NCBI RefSeq assembly: GCF_025526975.1
Contig: NW_026515674.1
Location: 186,001-250,000 of the forward strand
Direction of reading: 5' to 3'
DNA from: Fimicolochytrium jonesii
Lineage: Eukaryota
DNA length: 64,000 nucleotides
How positions within the stretch are numbered: position 1 is the first letter of the stretch; each line of letters starts with the position of its first letter. Shown here in pieces: positions 45,821 to 56,004 of the stretch. The notes below the pieces were generated by a model, which made no database searches, had not been told where the DNA came from, and saw only the letters and a list, made by a program, of their open reading frames with translations. The translations under genes and the position numbers were made by a program.

Positions 45821-48800
45821 TCAAGCGTACTCAAACTCATCCGTCAACCCCGTCTTGCTCGCATACTGATCAATCCCCTGCTGCTGGTACCTCAGCCCAT
45901 CGGCGTCATCCTCATCCTCGTCCTCATCCTCATGATCAACAACAACCACCTCATCCTCCTCAAACAGTATCTGCGACCCATCATCGCGGTCAAGACTCAT
46001 TCCACTCTCGGATCGGGTGAAGCTGGATCCAGCCCCGGTATTTCCAGCGTCGGAGGTGGGTGCGGGTGCGTAGCGGCGGGATAAGCGACGGAAGAGACGT
46101 TCCATTTCCGCTGTGTCGGGGGCGGAGGGGGGCTCCTCGGATTCGGGTTGGCTGGGCGTGGTGATGGCGGTGGAAGGTACGCCCAACAGCCTTCCATCTC
46201 CGTCTCCGCCTTCCCTCCTCTGGGGAGCATCCTGTAGCACCGGCGGCACGGTGGGCGTCGAGACGGTAGCGGGGCTGGAGGCGCCGTAAGACGAGACACT
46301 CGTCACTGAATAGGCCGCTGGGGATTCGGTGGGTGGGCTGACCACATCGCCGGCCAACGACACCGGACTATCGCTAAAATCCGACACAGGACTCGCCCCC
46401 ACATCCCTGCTTGCTGTTTTCCCAACCGCGCCAACAGACCCATCCTCCGAAACCACACTGGCACTCGATCGCGGCCTCGCCTGATTAGCAGCAGCCGCAG
46501 CCGCCGCCTGCTGCTGCCAGCCCGGCCTCGCAGCCCTCGCCCGTGCACCCGCCTTGATCTTCCAGTCCATAACCGAGTCCCCAAACGCGCGTAAAAACGC
46601 ATCCAGCGTCGCAAACAGCTTAGTCGGCATTTTCTTCTTGCCCGCCACAAACGCGGCCGAGGACGCAGTCACGGTGTCATTGTCGTCGAGACGATACCCT
46701 TCACCCATAACCGCCGCGAGGAAGTCGACGTAATCGGTGAGGTCTTCGCCGAGGTAGCGGGCCACGCGGCCAAATTCTTGCCAGAAGATGTTGGTCTTGT
46801 CCGCAACGTCTTTTACCCGGCTGTCCGCCAACGCCAGAAGGGGCGTAAGGTGTTGCTCAACGTACGCCTCGATATCCATCTCCACCGCCGATTTCGTCGC
46901 CCCTCCGTTGCGCGAATGGGTCTGCAGAGCCCTCAGTGCCTCGACAGTCCTTAACAAATTCTTGAAACTCCTAACAACCGCTTCAAGATCCCACGCGCCG
47001 ACAACGCGCACCTGCGACGTCTCCTCCACAACACCCAGCACCTCCGGCCGATTACGCGCAATCATATCCACCAAAAACGTCATAAGCGACCACTTCCCGT
47101 CCCGCGACTTTACATCCTTCAACCGCGCCAGGCCTTCCAATTTCAATCCGATCGCGCGCGCCTCTTTCGCCATCCACGGCCTGAAACTGCTGTTGGAGTT
47201 CCCCGCCGCCGAACTCGCCGAGTAATCGTAGTTGGTCAGATTACCCAGCTGGAGCACGGATTTGAGCAACCGTTTAAGGTTCTCGTTCTTGCGGAGGGAG
47301 ATCGAGAGGTTAGACATGGTGTCGAGTTTACGTTCAATGTCGTTCACGTCTGCGTCGATCGTGCTCGCGAGGAGGAAGGCGGTGCACATTTCCTCGAGGC
47401 ATGGGACGTTCATGACTTCGCTCATGAATTTTTCGGCGGGGGCTAGTGGCGGGGCGTGCTTGGAGAGTTCGGTGGATAGAGGATTCGGGCTGGTGGGGCT
47501 TTTGAGCTCGTTTGCGGCTACGGTAGCAAAGTGCGCGCGGAGGACGGATTTTTCCTCGTCGGTGGGGAGCAGTCTTTGTAACATGAGGAGATCGTCGGCG
47601 GTGAGAGTGGTCCGATCCATTGTGCGGATCGCTGTGATGAGCTTATCGGTCGTTAATCCGCGACGTGTGAAACGGGAGAGGCCGATGGCGACGTTGTTGG
47701 CACGGCGGAGGTCGAGTAAGTTGGTGAATTGTGTCCTGAAGAAAAAAACATATAATCAGAGAAGGTGTCTGGCACACCAACAAACACACATATCCATACC
47801 TTTGCACCATCTTAGGTTTATCCTTCCCACCTGCCTTCTTCTCTCCGGGCACAATACAAAACAGCTCTAAAAAAAAAAAAAAAACAAGCCAAATCAGCAA
47901 TCACAATCTTCATCCCCCACCGCAACCAAACACAGCCATCGAAAAAGGAAACCGTACCTTCGAACCTCTGCACATCCAACTCCACATCATCCCCATCCCC
48001 ATCCTCCCCGCCCTGCGGCGCAATCTCGCTCCACACCGACCCTTCGATGTTGCGGATCTCGTCCCAGTGGATGCGGGCGCGTGCGCGGATCTTGCCGGGG
48101 CCTTCGTCCGCGTCCTGCTCGGATGATGCCCGGCCCATTGGTGGTGGTGGAGGAGGTGGTGGTGGTGGAGGAGGTGGTGGCGGTGGTGGTGGTGGAGGTG
48201 CGGGGCCCGGAGCAGCGACTGGCGATGGTTCCACATCCCTCCGCAGCAACGGCGAACGTGACAGCAAAGGCGACACAGCCTCAACAAGCACATCCTCCGA
48301 CGGCGGCCCCGCCTCCGGCAACAGCATCGGTCTCGGCACCTTCAGCTCCCTAACTGGCGAGCTCGGCGGTTCGGCCGACCCGGGCGGAAGGGGCCACGGC
48401 ATCGGCCCGTCACTGATCGATGTATCCACCGATGTATCCACCCTGTGTCGCCCCGTTGCTTCGGCCGTGATGGCGTGCAATTCACCGAGCAGGTCTTTCA
48501 TGTTTTTGGCGGTTGTCGAGGAGGTGGGTGTTGAGGTGTCGTCGATTCGTGTGGTTTTGCCTGATACGCCACGCATGCGTCGCATTTCTGCTAAGACATC
48601 GTTTAAGCTGTCTGCGCTGGATCCATGCGCTTTTCCGCCGCCGTTAGACACCGCTGGCACATCCCCTTGCGCCGAATCAGGAACCTCCGGCAGACTTTTC
48701 CCACGATGATATGCCGACGACGTCTCTGGTAACGGCGAATTCCTCCCTCTCCTTTCATCCACCTTCCGCGCCTCATTCAGTAATCTCTCCATCCGACCAA

Positions 48801-50778
48801 CGTTATGATTATCCAGCTGCGCTTGGTCCGATTTTGATCGCAGCTGCGATCGGAATGGCGCTACAGGGGACGGGGACGCCGCCCTCGCCTCGTAGACGAT
48901 CGGAACTGGCGCGGGGTGGATGTAGGCGTGGCGTGTTTCGTGTACTTGGATTTCGGGCGCGAGGGAGGCGGAGTGCGTGGAGGAGCGGTTGGAGCCCACG
49001 CTAAGCGGGCGGTCTGCGTCCTGGGAGGGTACGTGCTGGTATGGGTGGAGATGCGAAGCTGGGGCGGGGAGACGGGGTGATACTGGACGCGGGGAGATGT
49101 CGCGCTGGGATGCGGGGGCTGCCGGTGCCAACCTATATCCGCTCTTGTGAACGCTGTCCTGTGACGAGTTTAGGGACGTCGACGCCGTCACGAATGTCTC
49201 CACAGACCCTCTTCGATCCCCAGATTCGACGTGGCGTCGCCCGCGATCGCCACCGTCAGTCTCATCCGGCAAGCGCACCTCTGGAACCGTCGACACCGGC
49301 GAGCTGGTGTAATACGCTCCATCCTTCCCCGCAAAAACGCCACTATTGGGCGCATCCCTCTCCGCACCATGAGTCCGACTCAAAGCCGAGCTAGTCGACC
49401 GCTGTGAGGCGCTGGAGTTCATTCGACCGAAGGTGGGGTCCTCCTTCCCATCAAATCTCCCAACGGACCCAGATGATCTCACGCTCGACGTGGTACTACG
49501 ATGATCCCCACTCTGCGCGTCGTCCAGGCTTCGGAGTTGTTGGATCCACATCACGGCTGACCGTGGGTCATTGTTGGCGCGCTGTAGGGCACATTGGGAT
49601 AACGCGAGGCCGTAACCCATATCCCGTAACGCGCGCACCGCGTCGTCGGTGGTGATTATCTGGTGATGCGCGACCAAGTCCACCAGGCAGTGCTTTGAGC
49701 GTTTGTCGATCATGCGCTGGAATGCCATCGGTGTAAGAGCAGCTTGCGATCGCGCGGCGCCCCCGTCCGCAAAGAAGAGGTAGAAACAGAATGCGCTCAT
49801 CGCTGCATTGAGGTCCCCAGCTGCTTCCATGGCCTTGATGGAAGGCTCTGCAACCTCGATATCCTTCGCCCCGACCCGGATAACACCTGCCACCATAAAC
49901 CCGGCGTTAAAGGAAAGACTTGCAACCGTGTTTATCTGACGGGGATGGTGCACCGGGTCAGGGGTGTGATAGCACCGGAGCTGGATGTCTGCCTCCAACA
50001 ATAACGGCGAATCAGCCCCGACACGGAAGACGATGTTCCCACGAGAATCTGTCCGCACGAGCGGTTTCTGCTGAGGGTCCTGCGACGACGCCTTGTCATC
50101 GCGTTTGACAGTTGTGTATAGGAGCCTGCCGTTCTGATACAGTTCGATATGAGGCTTCGTCGCCGTTGTTAAGAGCTGATTCAAACCGCTGACGACAACG
50201 CGATTGAGTAAGAGCGGATTGGGATTTGGCAAAACGCCGTCCAGGACTAGCACGTTGTTGAAGTATGTCGCGTACCGCCGTTGAGAGACGGTGGCCCACG
50301 AAGGTGGTGTTAACGGTGCTCCTTCCTTCCCTTTCGCTTTTGCCCGACGCAAGATGTAGTAATCGAAGGCTTCCGCGGCATCGGTGAACGCCTCTATGTA
50401 GCGAAGATAACACGCAATCGCCACGCCACTCCGCCCTTCCGTCGGGCACGTCACGATCGCAACATGACCCGGGTCCAATGATAACCATCCATGAATCGAC
50501 CGACAAATATCAAACAAGGTCGGAAGTGTGAGCGAATACGCTTTCGAAAATGGGAAAGCCACGACCTGGTTTCCAAACTCCGCCGTCTCGAAACGCCCCA
50601 ACGATGTATCCGCGGCGAGATTGAAAATCATATATCTGCCGGGATACCGCGTGTTGACAAAGCGGGCCATTTCTCCTACATTATTCCGTCGGGCTCGTTT
50701 GTCAGTGGGGAAATCGCCAAACAATCCAGCTGCAAGGACTCTATCTGTGATACGATCGAGATCCAGATTTGCCATCAT
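45821..50778 (-). CDS. Formin with N-terminal PTEN-like pseudophosphatase + C2, UBA-like segment, FH1 and FH2; two introns at about 47957-47866 and 47799-47736; additional 5' exon(s) likely up to about 51.2 kb
   Basis: PTEN-like LDLDRITDRVLA..YMIFNL..SIHGWLSLDPGHVAIVTC..GRSG..SQRRY..YF, C2 PHIELYQ..LEADI..FNAGF, a poly-Pro tract, and FH2 RIHWD..S.W..FEELF..LLDLRRANNVAIGL..LPTDEE..AEKF..LQLGN..LKDVKS. Confidence 0.92.
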
Positions 50779-51932
50779 TCGACGGAAAGTCGGGTCTTTA
50801 GGAAACGGAGGGGCCGCTAAGTGCGCAGCCGGCTCAGGATGGTTCTCCGACGTTTCTGGGAAGAACGGATCCCTGGTGATGAGAGGACCTGAATCGAAGT
50901 TTGGTGGGAGAGGGGTAACGCTCCCCGTTCGTGAAGCCGGTCTGTTTCCATTGATAGGAGTATCCGCTCTGAGAGAGGAAGCTACGGACGGATATCATGT
51001 TGAATGAGATTTAAGTTGGTCGTATTAAAGGCTTCGGCGAACTACTAACCACTTCCAGTGGATCCAGTTGACGTTGCATTCCGCGCCCCACCGGATCGAA
51101 ATATTCCTGCATCAGAATTCTTCTTGCGGATTGCGCTCGATATGCCCTGCGATGGGTGAAAGAGCTTGGTTTAAAAACCCTCCGCAGCTTCATTGCCTAC
51201 TAAAACACATGCCGCTTTGACGGGTCTTCAGTGTAGTGTAATCCTCCGGCTTCTTCAACTGTCACCCTCGCAGCCCTCTTAGCGCTGTGAAGAGGTGAAG
51301 CTTGCACTCCCCCGCCTCAGCCTATAAATCTCCTTCTATGGACACAAACGGACATCATGAACCTACCGAAACAAACGACATAAATACTTCTGCACCTGCC
51401 GGGGGCTTCCTTCAATCTAAAGATACACTAAAGAGCCAGAGTCGTTTTTCCTCCGCAGTCGGTTAACAGTTTCGGGTTTTATCAGAAGGAGTTGGTTCGG
51501 TCGAATGTCGAAGGGACTGATAACCTGCGCGAGTTCAAGATCCCGCAAGTGTACATGCAGTGCCCCTGCCCGCAGGGGTATTCGAAGAGAGAAGGTCGTT
51601 CCTGTTGCGGTGGTGTGGAGGTGTCTATGTTGTTGTCGGGGGCAGCAGGTTGTGAGAAAGTGAACGTGGGATTGTTGTGATGGCCGTAAGGTCTCTGGTG
51701 GGAAACGTCGAAACAGAGGTGTTTTACAAGCTTCAAATTGGGAAATTACGAGCTTGAACGCGGCAAACACCCCGGACAAACGAACCCACATTCACACAAG
51801 AGGGGCGGTGCTTTCAGAATGATATGCTGTTCAATACATTTGTGACGAAACATCCATCCAGCGATGCAATGATATTAATGTACACAGTACATGACCATGC
51901 AAAGTATACAAAGTATATGACTTTTGCTACTC

Positions 51933-52790
51933 TCAGTTAGTAGCCTTCCTAGCACCCTCCAACGCATTGATCGCTTTCGCACAACTCTCAACGCCTTCGC
52001 ACAAGACTCTAATGCCTCCAACATCCACGTCCTCGCTGCTTTCTATCGACTGTCTGAAATCCTCCATACGTTTCCGTATTGTCCACAATGTCTTGGATAA
52101 CTGGATAGAGATGTGCTCGTCGTCGCATCGTGCAGATGGGGCCGTTTCCGTTTCCGTCTTTCGTCCCTTGCTTTCTGTGACATCCTGTGGAGTTGCATCG
52201 TCCAAACGAGAGATCTTGGGAGGCGGCAAAGTTGATACGCTCGCAGCGGGCTTGGTGATGGCGGGGATTTCCGAGCCAGCACCGCAAACTACGCAGACGT
52301 TCTTTTTCTGATGGTTCCTCATCAATGGGACCCCGCCGTCACAATCTTCGCACACCACGTCGAGCAGGGTCCAGCCTGCCAGCAGCTTCTGACCGAGCAA
52401 CTTGCTTGCACGGTCAGATCTCTCCCTGCGAGCGGTCGTCGGTGGTGCCCTTTCGGCGTCCTTCTCAGCTAGAAGAGGCTCCAATTCCCTCGTCTCCTCC
52501 GCGGTCAACCGATATTGAGCTGGGTGGGAGAGACCACCATCCGACTGCCCAACAACCACCGGTGCCGTTGGCGCGACACCCACGGAGCTGGCGGGCGGAT
52601 ATGGGTGTTTGGGATCATTGCACAGCACGCAGAGACTGCGAGTGCGATCTCGCGTTCGCATCAAGGGTAGGTTGCATCCGGAGGACGGGCATGGGCTGTC
52701 TGTCATGACCCAGCCTTGCAGCAGATAGGTGCCCATGAGTGAGACTCCTTTGTCTTGGCGGACTTCGTCTTCCGTCTTATTTGTTGTCAT
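51933..52790 (-). CDS. Sjogren's syndrome/scleroderma autoantigen 1 (Auto_anti-p27/ZNRD2)-like protein with two zinc ribbons
   Basis: Two units of MG..LL.GW.M....C..C..PLMR......C..C. Confidence 0.85.
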   Translation of the reverse strand: MTTNKTEDEVRQDKGVSLMGTYLLQGWVMTDSPCPSSGCNLPLMRTRDRTRSLCVLCNDPKHPYPPASSVGVAPTAPVVVGQSDGGLSHPAQYRLTAEETRELEPLLAEKDAERAPPTTARRERSDRASKLLGQKLLAGWTLLDVVCEDCDGGVPLMRNHQKKNVCVVCGAGSEIPAITKPAASVSTLPPPKISRLDDATPQDVTESKGRKTETETAPSARCDDEHISIQLSKTLWTIRKRMEDFRQSIESSEDVDVGGIRVLCEGVESCAKAINALEGARKATN

Positions 52791-53316
52791 TTCCGAAGGT
52801 GTTGCTGTCGTTCTAGGGAAGAAGGACAGTGAGTCATCGATACCTTCGATAATAGTCAAATACATATGCTCTCACCAGTAGAGACGTTGTAGCTCAGCAA
52901 GAGGTTCTGCTGCAGACGTGAGCAACTAATATTTAGCGCAGATGGTGTAGTATGAACGTCTGAACGTCGGGTAATTGAAGACTCGGTGTCAACGGGGTGT
53001 CAACAAGATGGCGAAAGAGCCGTCGCGTTGCGAACCCGCTGTCTGAGCCTTGCCTTGAAAACACACGCGTTTCTCTCAAAGCTGCTTTCCGCGTAGGAAT
53101 TTCCCTATAAGGCTCAGCGTCGCTCAGAGGCCCTCCTGGACCGAGAACGTTCATCCTTACGTACCAGAATGTGCATTGGGTTTGCAGATACACATGAATA
53201 CAATTAATACATACAATGCAACAGACGGATATATACAATCAAATGACATGGGCAGAATAGCCATATTGCTCTACGATGTGAGACTCGAGCAAATCCAAAA
53301 AAAAAAGACCGGGATC

Positions 53317-53557
53317 CTATAGTGTACGGTCTGCGTCGCGGATGCATATGCACCTGCCAGCTCTTGATGGTGCTGCGTGCACATCTCTGACTAATAGCCA
53401 TCCCCTTAATGTACACTCTGCGCCGCTGACGCAGATATGCCTGGCAGCACCTGCATGCACATCCTGACCAGTAGCCATCCCCTTAATGTACGCTCTGCGT
53501 GGCGGTTCCAGATGCACCCGACGGCACCCCATACAGCTGCGTATACATCCTAACCAG
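53317..53557 (-). repeat. Three diverged tandem copies (about 78-84 bp) of the PEX4 3' end
   Basis: tagccatccccttaatgtac.ctctgcg occurs at 53395-53422 and 53472-53499, with a more decayed copy near 53317-53345. Confidence 0.8.
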
Positions 53558-54132
53558 CGAATTGTACCCCCTCACATCCCCACATCTCAATAAATTCGCC
53601 GCATCACAGTTCAGCGGACTATCCGCTTCCGGACTCTACAAATCAAACCAATCAATATCATCATCCGCATATCAAAAATCGAAACACCTTCTCCCCACTC
53701 ACCATCAACAGCGCCCCAATAGCAATACAAGCCGAATGCAGCGTCCACGCGGGACTCCACGTCGTCTTCAACAGATCCAGACATATCTCGCCCGTTTTGA
53801 AATGTACGTTCGGGTGGCAGACTTTGCCGAGGAACCGGATGGTGGGGGGTTGCATTGGATACGTGCGGGGTACGGTAATCTCCAAATCGAATTTGCCGCC
53901 TGTTGGAAAACACACCTGTTTAGCTTTTGGAGAAACACCGAGCGTAGACCCGTTGTGCATGGGAATAGAAACGCATACCTTCGTAAGGCGTCCCCTCCTG
54001 CCCGAGAATGACGGCCTTCCACCGCTGCAGGTCGTCGTCAGATGTTGGCGCGAGGTCGGCGACTTGGGAGTCTGTTTGTCCGGTGCGGTACTCTTTTAGC
54101 TCTCTGAGGAGGCGTCGCGACATTGGGTCCAT
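53483..54132 (-). CDS. PEX4: Peroxisomal ubiquitin-conjugating enzyme E2 (Pex4/Ubc21 type), 3 exons
   Basis: HPNVHFKTGEICLDLLK..WSPAWTL.SAC.AI..L..PEADSPLNCDAANLLRCGD..GYNSLVRMYT. Confidence 0.88.
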
Positions 54133-54396
54133 GGCTCTGTAGTTGAACAGATGGGAGAGTGGAATCGGTTGCGAGTGCGTTGTTGGGTACGGGTGCAACC
54201 CAAACAAGGGGAATGAACGCCGTTGGTACGGTTTCTGAAGAGAGCGGCGGGGGGCAGGGCGGGGGGTTTAAGGTGGACGACAAGAGTCAGACAAGAGTTG
54301 AGCTTCCCCTCCAAACGGGGACTGACAATTCGGCCCTGAATTCGAACGACTCCCCGAGACGCACCACACTTCACAGCAACCATAACATACGTTACC

Positions 54397-55356
54397 ATGC
54401 CCACAGCCGTAGACAAGTGGACCTTCACTTTGGCAGATGCCAGGTATGTACGACGGCTTGGTCCGCCGTGTCCCCGTTTCCCAATTTCCCTTCAACTAAC
54501 GGCGACTCCCCAGGCCAAGCAGGAATGTCAAGCTGGATCCCCCAGGATTCGCAGAGGTCCAGGACGCATCTCGCCCTTCGGTATGCAATAGTGGTCCCGG
54601 GAGGAGTTGGACAGAGTTGCATTTGAGTTGAAAAAGCCCTGACGTTGGCCTCCATAACGTCGATTCACAGAAAAAGACTCAAAGCGCAGAAGATCAATCA
54701 GCGAGAGATACCGAGCTTGCAAACCTGAAGATGAAGGTCCGTTAGGAGCTGTCCACGACTCAAAGTGTCAGAGAAGTGCACAGGGACACTCATTCCTACC
54801 GTCTCCCGCACACAGAAAGCCTGGGAAACAGCCATCGCAGTCGGAAAGTCCATACCCATGAACGCGTTCATGCTGTACATGTCCGGCAACTCGATCCAGA
54901 TCTTCAGCGTCATGGTCACCGTTATGATGCTCATCAACGCCATCAAGGCTATACTGAACACCAACACTGGTACGATCTATTTGAACTTATTTTCCTAATG
55001 TCAAACCACCCACTGATGTGTTTCCGGCCTTCTTTAGTCTTCGAACGCTTCTCATCCCGACCCCCCGGCACAGCCCCCACAGGAATCAGCGCGCTGTTGA
55101 GTCTACCAAGCGACCCGTTAGTCTACCCAAAACTGGTGTATGTGCTCATGCAGTGCGGGTGTCTGGCGTTGGGGGTCTGGAAGTGTGGCGCGATGGGGTT
55201 GTTGCCCACGACGACGTCGGATTGGTTGGCGTTCATGGAGCCGAAGAAGGTAAGGCTGTGGGAGGTTGGAGTGATTGGGGTTCTGATGTTCTGATCATTG
55301 TATGTTTTCAGGCTTTGGAGCATGCGTTTGGAGGCGTCACTTGGTCGGCGATATGA
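54397..55356 (+). CDS. EMC4: ER membrane protein complex subunit 4, 6 exons, head-to-head with PEX4 (264-bp gap)
   Basis: LDPPGF, LKMKKAWETA..KSIPMNAFMLYMSGNSIQIFS, KCGAMGLLPTTTSDWLAF. Confidence 0.93.
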
Positions 55357-56004
55357 GAGATTGGTGCGGCTGGGTTCTCTAGATAGACCCTGGATGGCTT
55401 AGTGGGCAGCATGGTTCAGCTATGCATAGAGCGTAGCATTCTTTCGTCGAATACATCTCGTGCGAGTGAAGACAATGGAGGTTTCCCGCATTCCCTGGAG
55501 CATTCTGTTCGGTTATCCTGGCTTCTTCGATGGCCCGCGCGAGCTGACCGTGAGGCATGGAAAGTGCTGCCGATCGATTGCTTGGAAAGAGCGGCATCCG
55601 CCCAGTACGCAGAGTACGACCCATGAACGAGCCCGAAAGGGACCGAAGGGAACCAGCAGGAGATGAGGGGTAGAGGGGATAGACGGACTGGGAAGTGGCG
55701 TAGACGGCGTAGAACCCTTCCTGTCAGTCTACCCCATCATTGATCGAATATTCTACATAACTGATCCTGAATGTCGAGGAGAAAGGGCCTACTGGAATCA
55801 CTTAACAAAGCCGAACGCAGTATTTGTCCCCTGGAAGCGTGCCCTCCCAAGTCCAGAACCCATAACCTGGACAAGGGAGAAGAGAAACGAATAGATTATA
55901 TATGCCTGATTAATACAGTATTATGTACAAACCGCGGGTGCCACCAGAGGGCCGAGAACACCTTCTACTTTACACTCTACCAATACGCCGCGATACCCTC
56001 CCCA

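Noticed and set aside
48139..48200. (GGT/GGA)n microsatellite
   Set aside because: It is the poly-proline FH1 coding tract of the formin.
53317..53557. CRISPR-like repeat-spacer array
   Set aside because: Only 2-3 degenerate units, the 'spacers' resemble each other and the PEX4 coding end, there are no cas genes, and the context is eukaryotic.
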